Below, in pieces: positions 27,726 to 40,258 of a stretch of 64,000 bases of DNA. Below the pieces are notes generated by a model that was given only the letters and a program-made list of their open reading frames with translations, had not been told where the DNA came from and did no database searches. Origin of the DNA: Eledone cirrhosa (Eukaryota); contig OZ024741.1 in NCBI GenBank assembly GCA_964016885.1, forward strand, positions 306,218,001 through 306,282,000. Direction: 5' to 3'. Made by a program: the position numbers and the translations under genes. Each line of letters begins with the position of its first letter. The first letter of the stretch is position 1.

Positions 27726-27905
27726 GGCGGTGAATTGGCAGTATCGGTAAAGGGTCGGACGCCATGCTTTGCAGCGAAGAGTTACGGCCCTTTATGGTCT
27801 GAGTTCAAATCCCGCCGAGGTTAACTTTGCCTTTCATCCTTACGGAGTCGATAAAATAAAGTAGCAGTAATGCTGGCCTTGTACCTAAAGTAGAAACAAT
27901 TATTA
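27726..27905 (+). mobile_element. SINE family C copy
   Basis: Begins ggcggtgaattggcagtatcgg; B box and core present. Confidence 0.85.
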
Positions 27906-28092
27906 TTGCACAACATAACATTTTTGCACCTATTGACATGTGAAAACCAGTGGAAACATTGGTCATCAACACATCGCTTGATGGGTGGGGGATTAGATAA
28001 AAATTATGTTTGTACTCTTTTACATGTTCCAGCCATCCGACTGAGGCCATGGTGGGCACCACCTTATCAAAAAATTCAGACTAGTCACGGGA

Positions 28093-28165
28093 TGCCGGAA
28101 TCCGGGATTGAACAAGGGACCTTTAGATCTTCAGTCTAACGCTCTCCCAACTGAGATATTTCGGT
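28093..28165 (-). tRNA. tRNA-Phe(GAA), inverted duplicate, likely pseudogene
   Basis: Reverse complement of 27444-27516 with an extra G1>A change. Confidence 0.85.
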
Positions 28166-28756
28166 TAGTGGTTAAAGAAGCAATTGGTCATCAACACATC
28201 GCATAGCCGGCATAACCATTTAAGCAAACTAGCCAGCTGCCTTAAGCACAGGCCTCAAAGAAACACTTTACTGAAATTTAAAGGGTCACAGTTTTATACC
28301 AGTTTGTACAGTTAGATTAATATATAATAATTTCCAGCAATCAATAAATAAATTGTTAAACATCTTAGTCGCGTAGCAGGGTCGTATGGTGTTATGACCT
28401 GTCGCATCATTTGGCGTGGTTGGGTGTAGACTGTATAGTTGGGAAATGCAGGCTTAATAATTTTCTTAGTGTGGTCATAGCAAGAAGTGTCAAAGACTAA
28501 GTTCATCAGCTTATCGAACTGAGTTTAAATGAATTTATTTTGGAGAATAAAGTGCATATTGAAAAGCTAGTCTAGGACGCTAAATACCCAGGCGCCAGTT
28601 CTGAGCAGTAGTGTGTATAATCTGGCAAACCATTTTTCAGTTGTTGGTAGTAAGCTGACAGTCTATCAAATAGGTCATCTGCAATTTACTGAACAACCAG
28701 CACATAAAGTTTTCACTAACTCCATCACTTGTCCAATAAGATATTTCTGAACCTAC

Positions 28757-28833
28757 TGACTGGCTATTACAACATTGCTGATACAGCAGTCAACAATACG
28801 GAAATGTGAAGAAGCAGATGAGGTGAAATATAT
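28757..28833 (-). CDS. Candidate coding exon (IYFTSSASSHFRIVDCCISNVVIASQ)
   Basis: Long pyrimidine tract + ttgcag acceptor, gtaggt donor; the only open frame ends in phase 2, matching the micro-exon. Confidence 0.4.
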
Positions 28834-29026
28834 CTGCAATAGATAAGAGCGAGAGAGTGAGAGAAAGAGAGGGGGTGTGAGGGAGAGTGACGTAGAGAAA
28901 AGATTTGCATCAAGCTCCAATCTTGGCCATTCGGTATACATATTGCTTCAGCAGTTTTCTTTACCAACAGCAATCTTCCAAATGCCTTGTGGAGGTGCAT
29001 GATAACATGATAACATTAACACCACC

Positions 29027-29058
<32 letters not shown>

Positions 29059-29158
29059 CACAAACACACACACACATATGTATGAATATATATATATATA
29101 TATATAAATTTATATATATATATAAATTTATATATATATAAATTTATATATATATAAA

Positions 29159-29236
<78 letters not shown>

Positions 29237-29239
<3 letters not shown>

Positions 29240-31320
29240 CAAACATAGGACTAGCTTCATTTACCTGACAAACATAGGGCTAGCTTCATACAACTAGACA
29301 TCAACAATTACTACTCCTCTATCTCGCCCATAGTCCTGAACAAGGCACTCATATTCGCGATGAATAGGACAGACCTAACACGCGACGAGGTCCGAATCAT
29401 ACACGCCGCCAGAAAGACCCTGATCCGATTCGGTGGGGAAATATGGACCCGGAGCGACTGGCCAAATAATTTTGACATTACAATGGGCTCCAGTGACTCC
29501 GCGCAGCTAACGGACTTGGTTGGGATATACATACTCTACGAGATCAGGAGAGAAATACACAACCTGGGTGGCGGGCTGTACCGAGACGACGCACTCTTCA
29601 CCGTAGTGGACCACAGCACCACAATGGTCGAACATATGAAGAGGAGTATTAGGCACTTCTTTAGCAAGGTAGGACTTAAGGTAGAGATGGAACCCAATAG
29701 AAAAGTAGTGAATTTCCTGGACACCACCCTCAACCACCTCAACACCAAGCTACACCATCCATATCATAAACCCAATGAGAAGCTGGTTTATATCAACGCT
29801 GGGTCTAATCACCCTAGATCTATAGTTAAGGCCGTAGTTAAGAGTGTCTCTGACAGGATCTCTAACTTCAATAGTAACGCTGATTACTATAACTCAGCGC
29901 TAGCTAAGGCGTCCCACAGCCATAGGATCAGCTGTAATCCTAAGGGACATGATCGAGATGACCCAAGGGTACCCCGGACCAATACCCTCAAGGGCATGAG
30001 TCGCCCACCTAATACCTCGGTGACCAGTAGTAACACTCCCAGACTCCTATCCGTCACCACCCCCGGTAGAAGGTCCCGCATATCCCACCGGTCTAATACC
30101 TACAACGCTGAAGACCACTGTGCTGCGGAGCATAGGCACCCCTTCACCGGCCCCACCACCCGCCGAACCCTAATTGAGCAGGGAGGCCGCACCTCGCAGG
30201 TTTATAGCCTCATGGTGGGCCCATATAACCCTCATGATAGTGACCGCTCCGCACACCTGAGTGACACCAACCGAGCTCGACCTGAGCTGTGCACAACACG
30301 CAATGGCCCACGGCGGATACCCAACAACCCCGCAAGAATAGGACCAGGAAGGTCACATGGTATAACCCTCCGTACTCGGTGGGGTACGTACCAGCCTGGC
30401 TAGAACATTCTTTAGAGTACTGGATAAATGTTTCCCTAGGGCCCACAAGTACCATAAAATATTCAACAGGCACACGGTGAAACTTTCCTACTCAACCACA
30501 CGCTCCGTAGCCCAGCACATAGCTGGCATAAATAGGAATAGGCTCACTGCCTCTAATACCACCGTAAACCCCGGAGCCACCCAACAGGACCAGCACGCGG
30601 GACGCACCGGAACCCGGACAGGCCCAACTAGCACACCGGAACCCAACGACCCTGTGCTGATTGCGGAGGCTACCCAGCCAACCCCGAGTGATGGTAACCA
30701 CGCGGTACATGTGGTGGGGCTTAAGAAGTCATGTAATTGCAGAGACCCATCACTATGCCCTCTTAGTAATGAATGCATGACGAAAAACGTAGTCTACAGG
30801 TGCAAGGTCACAACCTAACTCGGAGCACCACTACATCGGATCCACAGCGACGAGCTTCAAAGATCGGTGGTATAACCATCAACATTCATTTAACAGAATA
30901 GACAAGAGGAAATGTACGGCCCTTTCTGAATTGATCTGGAAGCTCAAAATTGAAAAGACCCCGCACTCTCTGGTCTGGTCCGTGGTTAGAAAGGTTCCCC
31001 AGACAGAGGCGGGTCTGGTATTTGCAACCTCTGTTTTAGTGAGACACTCGAGATTCTTCATGGCGGAACCAAGCTATTAAACAGACTTATTCGGTGCCTG
31101 CAGACACCTAAGGACGGGAACTTTCCTCAAGCTATATGGATAAACCCCGGTTACGGCCTCCCACAACGACCCCCCCCCCCCCCCCCTGTAGGTCCGCTAC
31201 ACCCCCTACCAATGACCAATGGACAACAACAACCACCCATAGTTTGTGGTCCCTATGGTGGATGGTCGACCGGATCCTCTACTGGTTAGGAGTCATCAAA
31301 ACCACGTTTTATTGAACCTG

Positions 31321-31322
<2 letters not shown>
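29237..31322 (+). mobile_element. Penelope-like retroelement, 5'-truncated (RT + GIY-YIG), frameshifted
   Basis: FDITMGSSDSAQLTDLVG, GLYRDD, VNFLD, YHKPNEKLVYIN..SNHP, KVTWYNPPYS, KLSYS, CNCR..CPL..ECMTKNVVYRC, HYIGS..FKDRWYNH; bounded by (TA)n. Confidence 0.92.
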
Positions 31323-31410
<88 letters not shown>

Positions 31411-31672
31411 TGTGTATATATATATTTTATATGTGTATATATGTGTATTTTATATATATGTATATATATGTATATATTTTATATATATATGTATATGTAT
31501 GTGGATTTTATATATATATATATGTATGTATGTTTTATGTGTGTATATATTTTATATATGTATATATTTTATGTATATATATTTTATATATATATATTTT
31601 ATATATATGTATGTTATGTGTATATATATATATATGTTATATATATATATATATATACTTGTGCGTACATAG

Positions 31673-31762
<90 letters not shown>

Positions 31763-32366
31763 CTGTATGGATTTCTGTGTGTAGATGTGTGTGTGTCTGA
31801 GGGGGTAGGTGTGAGTGTATGTACAAATCAACCAGCATAAACCTTTTATTTCTAAATTTTCTAAACTATCTAAGTATTGGACTCTAACCATTATTTTAAG
31901 TATTACCACCCCACATTTTGTATGTGTGGATGTGTGTGTGTGTCTGTGGAGGTGGGTGTGAGTGTACGTGCAGGCCAACCTACATAAGTCTTCTTATTTG
32001 TAAATTTTCTACTCTAACCATAAATTTCAGTAGCACCACTCCACATAAATTCCTCAATTTAGGAATGACCTGTAGTATCTATTTCATACTATTAACCTTA
32101 ATTGAATATATATCTGACCAGGAATGCTTTTTGTGAAAATCAGTCATATGGAACTATTGTCATCTTGCCTGACGGTTTGAACTTTACAACACCACCTGCC
32201 TCTTTGAGGTCAAATACCAACCCTACTAGCATCTACAAACTGACCAATGAGAATTAAGACTATTCCTGCTGACAACATTAAATTATTCCTAACAAGCTCA
32301 TATGTCCCAAGGCTCTGATACCATCAACACTATAAACACAGAGCTGGCATATCTAAGAACTGACTA

Positions 32367-32422
32367 ACTGCCTGATGAGGTCATAGCCATTCAATGGCTA
32401 TCATCGAAATATATATAGCAGT
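32367..32422 (+). ncRNA. Type I hammerhead ribozyme, complete canonical core
   Basis: actgc-CTGATGA-ggtc-atagcca-ttcaa-tggctat-catc-GAAA-tatata-TA-gcagt; (TA)n starts ~45 nt downstream. Confidence 0.85.
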
Positions 32423-32463
32423 AAATAAAGGATTATGAGTTCATGCAATTGACTTATGTTTCG

Positions 32464-32519
<56 letters not shown>

Positions 32520-32549
32520 AGTGGTTACACAACAGTTAGTTCACCATAC

Positions 32550-32587
32550 CGAGAACAATTGTTTCACCTTAGCGGATCCTCAGCTCG
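32550..32587 (-). ncRNA. Minimal hammerhead ribozyme (inverted arm copy)
   Basis: Exact reverse complement of 33980-34017. Confidence 0.75.
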
Positions 32588-33979
32588 TAATGGACATGAT
32601 TATACTGAACAGGAAGAACAACCGTACAAACGCGCATGCGCAGAAACCGGTCACTTCACACAGGTAATACTAAAATGCGTACGAGAGGTGTAAGGGAGAT
32701 AACTGCGAAAGTCCGAAAAGTTTCTAGTTGATAAGAAAATTATGATGTTGTTGTAATTCAATCCGGAGCTGTGTAGTTATGCAAGAGGTGGTTCGAGACG
32801 TGTGGACAGCGTGTGAAGAATTCATTTCTCGTGTTTAGGCAATCACCATTGCATAATATCTTTAGAATATTTATTCGTTCATCAATACATAGTTCACACG
32901 ACGATTTTCCCTTGCGTATGGCTTGGACTTAGTGATGGCTTTCCATTGAATGGAGTAGTCTATACTTGAGTCCTTGAGGGACCATACGTGGCTTGCGAGT
33001 TTCGTGGATGAACGTCTGTCCAGGTACCTAAAGGTCGACTGGTGGTTCAGAAAACGTTCCTTAAATCGACCCTCCGCCATCCCACATAGGATTTGACCTC
33101 CTGTGGTTGATTTGGTCGGTTGGAAGTGACCACAGCTTCATAAATTACAGCGACTGTGTTGCATTGCTGTTGAAGGGGACAGGCTTCAGGCTTACGGCAA
33201 GAGCACCCTGGTGGGGTGTTGCTCCTAGGGCTGTGGTCATGTGGGCCTTCATGTTCTTAGCGCAGGAGTATCCTAGTTTTACTTTATGTCGGTTAAAGAT
33301 GACCTATGAGAAAGTGTCTATCTAAGAGGGCTAGAAATTGTTTGCGTACATTGGTTTTAACGTTGAGTGAGAAGGGAGGAGAGAACCAGATAGTTTGTCT
33401 ATTGTTACGCTTTCTTTTCTTATTGCTGTTGTCACTTCCAACTGACCAAATCAACCACAGGAGGTCAAATCCTATGTGGGTATGGCGGAGGGCCGATTTA
33501 AGGAACGTTTCCTGAACCACCAGTCGACCTTTAGATAACCGGACAGACGTTCATCCACGAACCTCGCGAGCCACGTATGGTCCCCCAAGGACTCAAGTAT
33601 AGACTACTCCATTCAATGGAAAACCATCACTAAGTCCAAGACATACGCAAGGGGAAATCCGTCGTGTGGGCTATGTATTGATGAACGAATAAATATTCTA
33701 AAGAGATTATGCAATAGTGATTGCCTAAACACGAGAAATGAATTCTTCACACGTTGTCCACACGTCTCGAAACATCTCTTGAATAACTACAAAGCTCCGG
33801 ATTGAATTACAACAACATAATTTTCTTATCAACTAGAAACTTTTCGGACTTTCGCAGTTATCTCCCTTACACCTCTCGCACGCATTTTAGTATTGCCTGT
33901 GTGAAGTGACCGGTTTCTGTGCATGCGCGTTTGTACGGTTGTCCTTCCTGTTCAGTATAACCTATAACCATGTCCATTA

Positions 33980-34017
33980 CGAGCTGAGGATCCGCTAAGG
34001 TGAAACAATTGTTCTCG
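33980..34017 (+). ncRNA. Minimal type I hammerhead ribozyme in PLE 3' UTR
   Basis: cgag-CTGAGGA-t-cc-gctaa-gg-t-GAAAC-aatt-GTT-ctcg; palindromic stem III AACAATTGTT. Confidence 0.8.
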
Positions 34018-34112
34018 GTATGGTGAACTAACTGTTGTGTAACCACTTTTACCTAACTCGTCCCATGGACTGAGTGCTCTACCACTACGGATATTACCTT
34101 CCAGTGTTCTCC

Positions 34113-34211
<99 letters not shown>

Positions 34212-34299
34212 GAGGCGCGTTATGTGTATCAGAGTAGAAGTATAACAACTAAACAATTTTATTTATTGACATGCTTCACTATTTCTCCATGTTAATGGC

Positions 34300-34363
<64 letters not shown>

Positions 34364-36629
34364 TTCTCTTCTCTCTACTTCCTTCTTCTCCCCATTTTCC
34401 CTCTCTTTCACACACATACACACCCACGCACACACCAATTAACTCGTAACATTATGTCATAATTAGATCCCGCTGAGAGTAGCTTTGCCTTTTATTCTTA
34501 CGGATAAAATAAAGTATCAGTGTATCGATTTAATCGACTTCCCCTCTTCCAAAATTGTTGGCTTTGTGTCTAAATCAAAAACCATTATGTCATAATTAGA
34601 TATGTTTGTTAATTCAAATGTTCTAAATCTAATTTGTGTAAATCTAAATCTGATTTTGTGTATTTCTAAATCAAATTTTGTTTATATTTTGTGTCAAACA
34701 CTATATGCACTTACATGGTAAATGATGGTTAAAAAACTTAAAAGACTCATAAAATGGTAAAAATAGCCATTACAAATACTTTTTAGACTCAGAGAGTATC
34801 AAACACTGCGCCGCGGCACCTGCCTCAAAGATGTGTGCAGTTATTTAGTACGACTTTGCTAACCATCTCCAAATTTGTTTCAGTTTCACGGCGTTCTTAG
34901 CTCTACATCAACGAAGGGCACCTCTATATGGTAACACGACCTGCTAGAAATAGCAGCCAAGTCTCTTTCAAGTCACACACTAACATCTTAAAAAGGGACG
35001 GACACATTATATAATGACGGTTAAAAGACTTAAAACACTCATAATATGTTTAAAATATCTATTATGAATGCAATGTTTCTCAAAGTCAGAGAGTATTAAA
35101 CATTGAGTCATGGCACCGGCCTCAAAGATTTCTGCATTTCTAAAATTTCCTTAAAATATACTTTCTCAATAAATACAATTTTTGCTGACACAGACTACTA
35201 CCAGTCTGTTTTTATCTTTTATCTATTAGATAATATAGACCTAGATAACACAAAGAAAGGTTACGGCTGGAATGTCTTAAAATATAGCTCTGCTCGGTCG
35301 ATCAATATTAACATTGAGCCAAATAACAGCAGCATTCAAGCACCCTGAACTGAAAAAAGTAAGCCATGAATCATTTTGGAAGATAATAATAGCAGAAAAA
35401 AATGTCAAAAGATTAGGAGTGGAGTTCAGATTTAAGGGTTGGTATTAGGATTAAGATTAGGGTTAGTGTTAAGGTTAGCGTTGTGGTTAGAGTAACAAAG
35501 AACCGCTCCGGCAATGCTAGGTTCAAATACTGCCATGGCTATTGCGTGAAGAGGGCTTCTTTGGATATGATAACCCATTGATAGATACATCTGATTAGAA
35601 AACCATCTATTAATCAAACCAATAAACAAATTTTGTATAGACACAGAGGTCTTTCCTATTGCTATTACTCTTGTTGTTGATGATGTTGCTGCTGCTGTTG
35701 ATGTTGCTGTTGGTACTGTTGATATTGTTGTTGTTATGTTCGTCATTGTTGTTTAGTTCCAAGTTCAAGAAACTTACGCACAAAGGTATTCCACTCGAAA
35801 CCATCTCGTTTATTTATTTATTTTTCTTTTTTTCAAGCTTAGTGTATTTAAGACAACATCACTTTTCCCATGTAACATCTACTAAAGCAATTCCAGTGCT
35901 TGTGTAAGATTAACGTTACTAAGAAAACTTTGAAAGAACATTTTCACTGCTTTGGCTAAGAACTTGCATGTCATTCAAGTGAACTGTAGAAAAGTTGTTG
36001 GGTCATACTACAAACATTTTATCTCTCTTATCTATTATAGATAACACTTCTACTTTCTCAACCTAATTATTATTTTGAGGATTGGCAGTATCGGTAGAGG
36101 GTCGGGCGCTATGCTTTGAAGCATAGAGTTACCTCCCTTTATGATCTGAGTTCAAATCCCGCCGAGGTTAACTTTGCCTTTCATCCTTACGGGGTCGATA
36201 AAATAAAGTACCAGTAATGCACTGGGATAATTGCTGGCCTGGTGCCAAAAGTAGAAACAATTATTATTTTAGTATTGTTAATGTACAGGGCGGTGATTGG
36301 AATAATTGTTTTGCGGTATTTAGTTACGAATAATTGTTTTGCGGTATTTAGTTACGTCTATTTTACGCCCTGAGTTCAAATCCCGTCGCGGTACCTTTAA
36401 TTCTTCCAGAGTCGGTAAAATAAAACTCCATTTAAATACTGCTGTTAGACATAATTGACTTTCCTCTCCCTCAAATTGCTGGATTTGTGTCAATGTTAGA
36501 AAGCGTTATTATTTTAGTGATGTTAACCTCAAATGAATGAGTCATGTAACACTATAGAAGATGACTGAAGACATTTAAAAAGTGTTGGAATAGAGAGGAT
36601 TCGAGTTAACGTATCAGCGGTTAGATTTA

Positions 36630-36710
<81 letters not shown>

Positions 36711-36745
36711 CAGCTGTAGTAGTACTTGTAGTAGCAGCAGCAGCG

Positions 36746-36782
<37 letters not shown>

Positions 36783-36789
36783 CAACAAT

Positions 36790-38905
36790 AATAATGATGA
36801 TTTCTTTATTAGCCACTCAGGGCTTACATGAAGACAAGCATTAAGGACTGTACAGATAGAACAGGAAGGGAGAGGTGTGGGTTTTAACGTGTAAAAATGT
36901 CAAATAATTGTTTCTACGTTAGGCACAAGGCCAGCAGTTACCCAGTGTATTACTGGTACTTTATTTTATCGACCCCGTAAGGATGAAAGGCAAAGTTAAC
37001 CTCGGCGGGATTTGAACTCAGAATGGCAAGGGCCGTAACTCTATGTGTCAAAGCATGGCGTCCGACCCTCTACCAATTCTGCCAATCGACCGTAAAAATG
37101 TCAAATAATGAGATATAAAAACAAATTCAAACAAAGTAAATTCCCAAATAGAGATGACTTCTGAGAGTCACACATGGAGAAAGCCCACAAAAATCCGCGG
37201 TTACTCTGACCACCAGGGCATGTGCTCTCTCCTAGTCCTCCATCTCCAATCTACTGGCACCTACTCAGACATATCCATTCACTCGGGCCATGCTCACCTC
37301 TCTCACCCATCTTTGAACTAACTGCTGCTTGGAAGGCAGCACTTCCCTCTCCAGCCAGATGTTCCTCTTCAAATGAAACCTGAAAAAGTTAATCTGGACT
37401 TCGCTGAAGAGGAAGGTGCTTGTCTTCAACCCTTTTAGACGTGTCCACCACACAACGTCTTTCGCCATGGCTACCAGGCAAATAAAGACTGCCCGCCCTT
37501 CCCGGTTAAAAGAAAGCGACAAGGCAATCTTCATGATGGACTCAGCTGATAGCCGGATTCGTCCTACACGTAACAGAAAGTGTTCGACATAAACCCACAA
37601 GTCAGCAATGGTCGGACACTGGATGAATACGTGCAGAGCGGCTTCGTCACACTTGCGTGCATCTCGGACAGGCCCGGCTTACGGCACTTCTATGATTGTA
37701 GATCTCGAACTGACAATGTTCTCCGGTAGCATTGCCAGACCAGGGATTTCTGGAAGTTGTCCATGGGCCGAAAGTTCTCCAGAAAAGATTGGTTAGTTGA
37801 TTTTCATCGACGTCCAGAGTTTCCCCAAGGACATTGTCGCTGTAACTCTATAGACAACCAAGGTGGAGTCACCACCGATTGTACTGCTCCATTCCAGTCT
37901 CCAAGCGCTTGACCCAAGATTGCAGCTCCGTCAAAGAGGCGAGCTGGGGGAAAAAGCAAGTCTAGCGACAGCGACCACTCCTGTTAATCGCCTTCCACAG
38001 GAAGCGAAAGAGTGGGCGCTCCAGTGCAACCAGGCGTGGACCGGGACAAGGCACGACGGTCAGACGGTAGTAGATGATGGACTCGGTGTACACGTTCACC
38101 ACCTCTGCTCGACCTTTCAGAGATAGCTTCCTTTCAGCCCATTTCTGGGCGAGAGAGGCTACCCTGCTCATCACCTCGTCCATCTGGAGCTCTGAACCAA
38201 ACCAGACCCCTAGCAATGTAACTGGTCTGTCCGTCCGGTGCCCGATGACACTGTTGAACGGCATGACCTGTCTCTCCAGATACCGAGCTGTAGGCCAACC
38301 GACATTTCCAAGTTAATTTTTGCTTCTGTTACCGCTTCATACTCCTTGAGAGTGGTGCCCATCATCTCAATGTGTTTGGTGCTCGACACCACGATGGTGA
38401 CGTCGTCAGCATAGGCTGACACGGATCTCCTATATCTTAGTTCACGCGGAATCCCCCCCCCCCCCATGCCTCCAATTTGTGTAGTAATTGCTCAAGAGTA
38501 AATACATAATGAAGAAACGAGAGGTAACATCCTTGGCGGCCGAACGTGTGATGTTGAATTGTTCCGAGTTAACCAAGTTAACCGTTCATGCTAACCACAG
38601 AGCAGATGCCACTGTGCATTACAGCGATCCAGTCTCTGAAAACGAGCCCGAAACTGACTGCCTTGGGGATAGCTGCCAGGTAACGATGGTCGACCCTATC
38701 AAAGGCTTCCCGATGATCTAATTTAATCAGGGCCCCACCCGTGCCAGGTTCCTTAGCTACTCCACGATGCATCACATGAAGTGGAGGTTGTCATGGATGG
38801 ATGTGCCTCCTCCACTATACCACCGACAAGCGCTAACACCTTGGCCAAAATCTTAAACTCAGCAGAGTTATGCACCTAAAATTATCGACATTGTCCCCCT
38901 TGTTC
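36790..38905 (-). mobile_element. Tx1/L1-type LINE, 5'-truncated and decayed
   Basis: SVSAYADDVTIV, LLGVWFG, LSLKGRAEV, AMAKDVVWWTRLKGLK; AATAAA and (ATT)n tail. Confidence 0.88.
36903..37091 (-). mobile_element. SINE family C inserted in the LINE 3' UTR
   Basis: TSD gtaaaaatgtcaaataat at 36891-36908 and 37092-37109. Confidence 0.9.
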
Positions 38906-38909
38906 GGGA

Positions 38910-39925
38910 GCCATGTTAAATGGGCTGATGCAGATTACGTTGGTGCATGCGGTGGGTGTTTGCCATCCATCAGCTCACGATAACGGATTTGTAGCTTAAC
39001 TTTAGTATCAATAGAGATACCTCGCTGGGACCATAGTTGCTTTTCCAACTTTCTAAAGGTATCACTAGCTTTGCTGGTTCTTGAATATACTACATTATCA
39101 AGGCTGCATGATACATTTAAGAGACTGCCGAGATACACAAAGCTGTCAACTCCCGAGGTTTCTGATCATACACTCTTATGTCTGGTTCTACATATGGTTT
39201 TCCTGGTACTGGCTGGTTCAGGACCACAGTCACCTTCATGCTAATTAAACCAAGCACAGAACATACACTGTTGAAGGAGTCCATTAGGTGCTAGATATCT
39301 TCGTGTGTGGGGGCTAAAAGATCGGTCATCTGCGTACAGAAATACTCTCAACAGTGAGTACATGACATTTATATTGGCACCAAAGTGTCTTATGTTGAAA
39401 AGCTTTCCAGATGTACAAAACCTGATGTATATTCTATGTCGACAGTCTAAAAATACCATTAAAATACCACTGGAAAGAACAGTAAAAACAGTGTTGGTGG
39501 TCTTATGTCACCATGTTTGACGCCATTCCTTACAGCAATAACTTCTGACACACTTCCATCAATATTCACCCAGGCTTTCATGTGATTATGAAATTCGTAC
39601 AGGATTGTCAAAAATTTGTCCGGGCAGCTAATCTTTCCAAGTATTTTCCAAAGAGCTTCTCTATTAACTGTGTCAAATGTCTTTGTAAAGTCAATTAACA
39701 CTTGAAACAGATCAACTATTTGCTTCATATACTTTTCCTGAAGATGTCTAGCCGAAAATAGCACTGTGCCTCTGCCTTATCTAAAACCACATTGGGATTC
39801 TGAAAAAACATGGTCAGCAATGTGTAACATAAGTCTGTCCAAGCATAACCCTTCACTGAACCCTTCCAGCCACTGACAGCAGCACTATTTCTCTATAGTT
39901 GCTACAGTCATCCACATCCTTCCTG
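38910..39925 (-). mobile_element. RTE (BovB-like) LINE RT fragment, decayed
   Basis: LFSARHLQEK..IDFTKTFDTVNREALWKILGKISCPDKF, GVKHG, FLYADD, YLGS. Confidence 0.85.
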
Positions 39926-40174
39926 TCCTGTGGTACTATCTCTTTTGCTCAAACTTTCTGTATCAAGCAGGCAAGGCAAGCATTAAAATTTTTCACTTCC
40001 ACACTTAAAGATTTCTGCAAACAAGGCATCGATCATATACTAGGAGACTTGCCATTGTGAAGTTTCTGAACAGCGGCCTCGATTTCTTCCATACATACAT
40101 ACATACATGCATACACACATGCGTACATTCAAGCATACATAGATACATACATGCATATGTATGTGTATGTGTAT

Positions 40175-40258
<84 letters not shown>

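Larger units (their letters stand above)
32520..34116. mobile_element. Penelope-like element 3' region present as a ~610-bp inverted duplication
   Basis: 32520-33130 is the reverse complement of ~33431-34047; GIY-YIG motifs (GMAEGRFKERFLNHQSTFR..STKLASHVWSLKD) on both strands; the spacer encodes IWFSPPFSLNVKTNV on the minus strand. Confidence 0.92.

Noticed and set aside
28330-28740. Possible hAT transposase remnant
   Set aside because: Too degenerate to support by eye
35260-35990. Further minus-strand exons of the candidate host gene
   Set aside because: Splice-like sites are present but no consistent open frame
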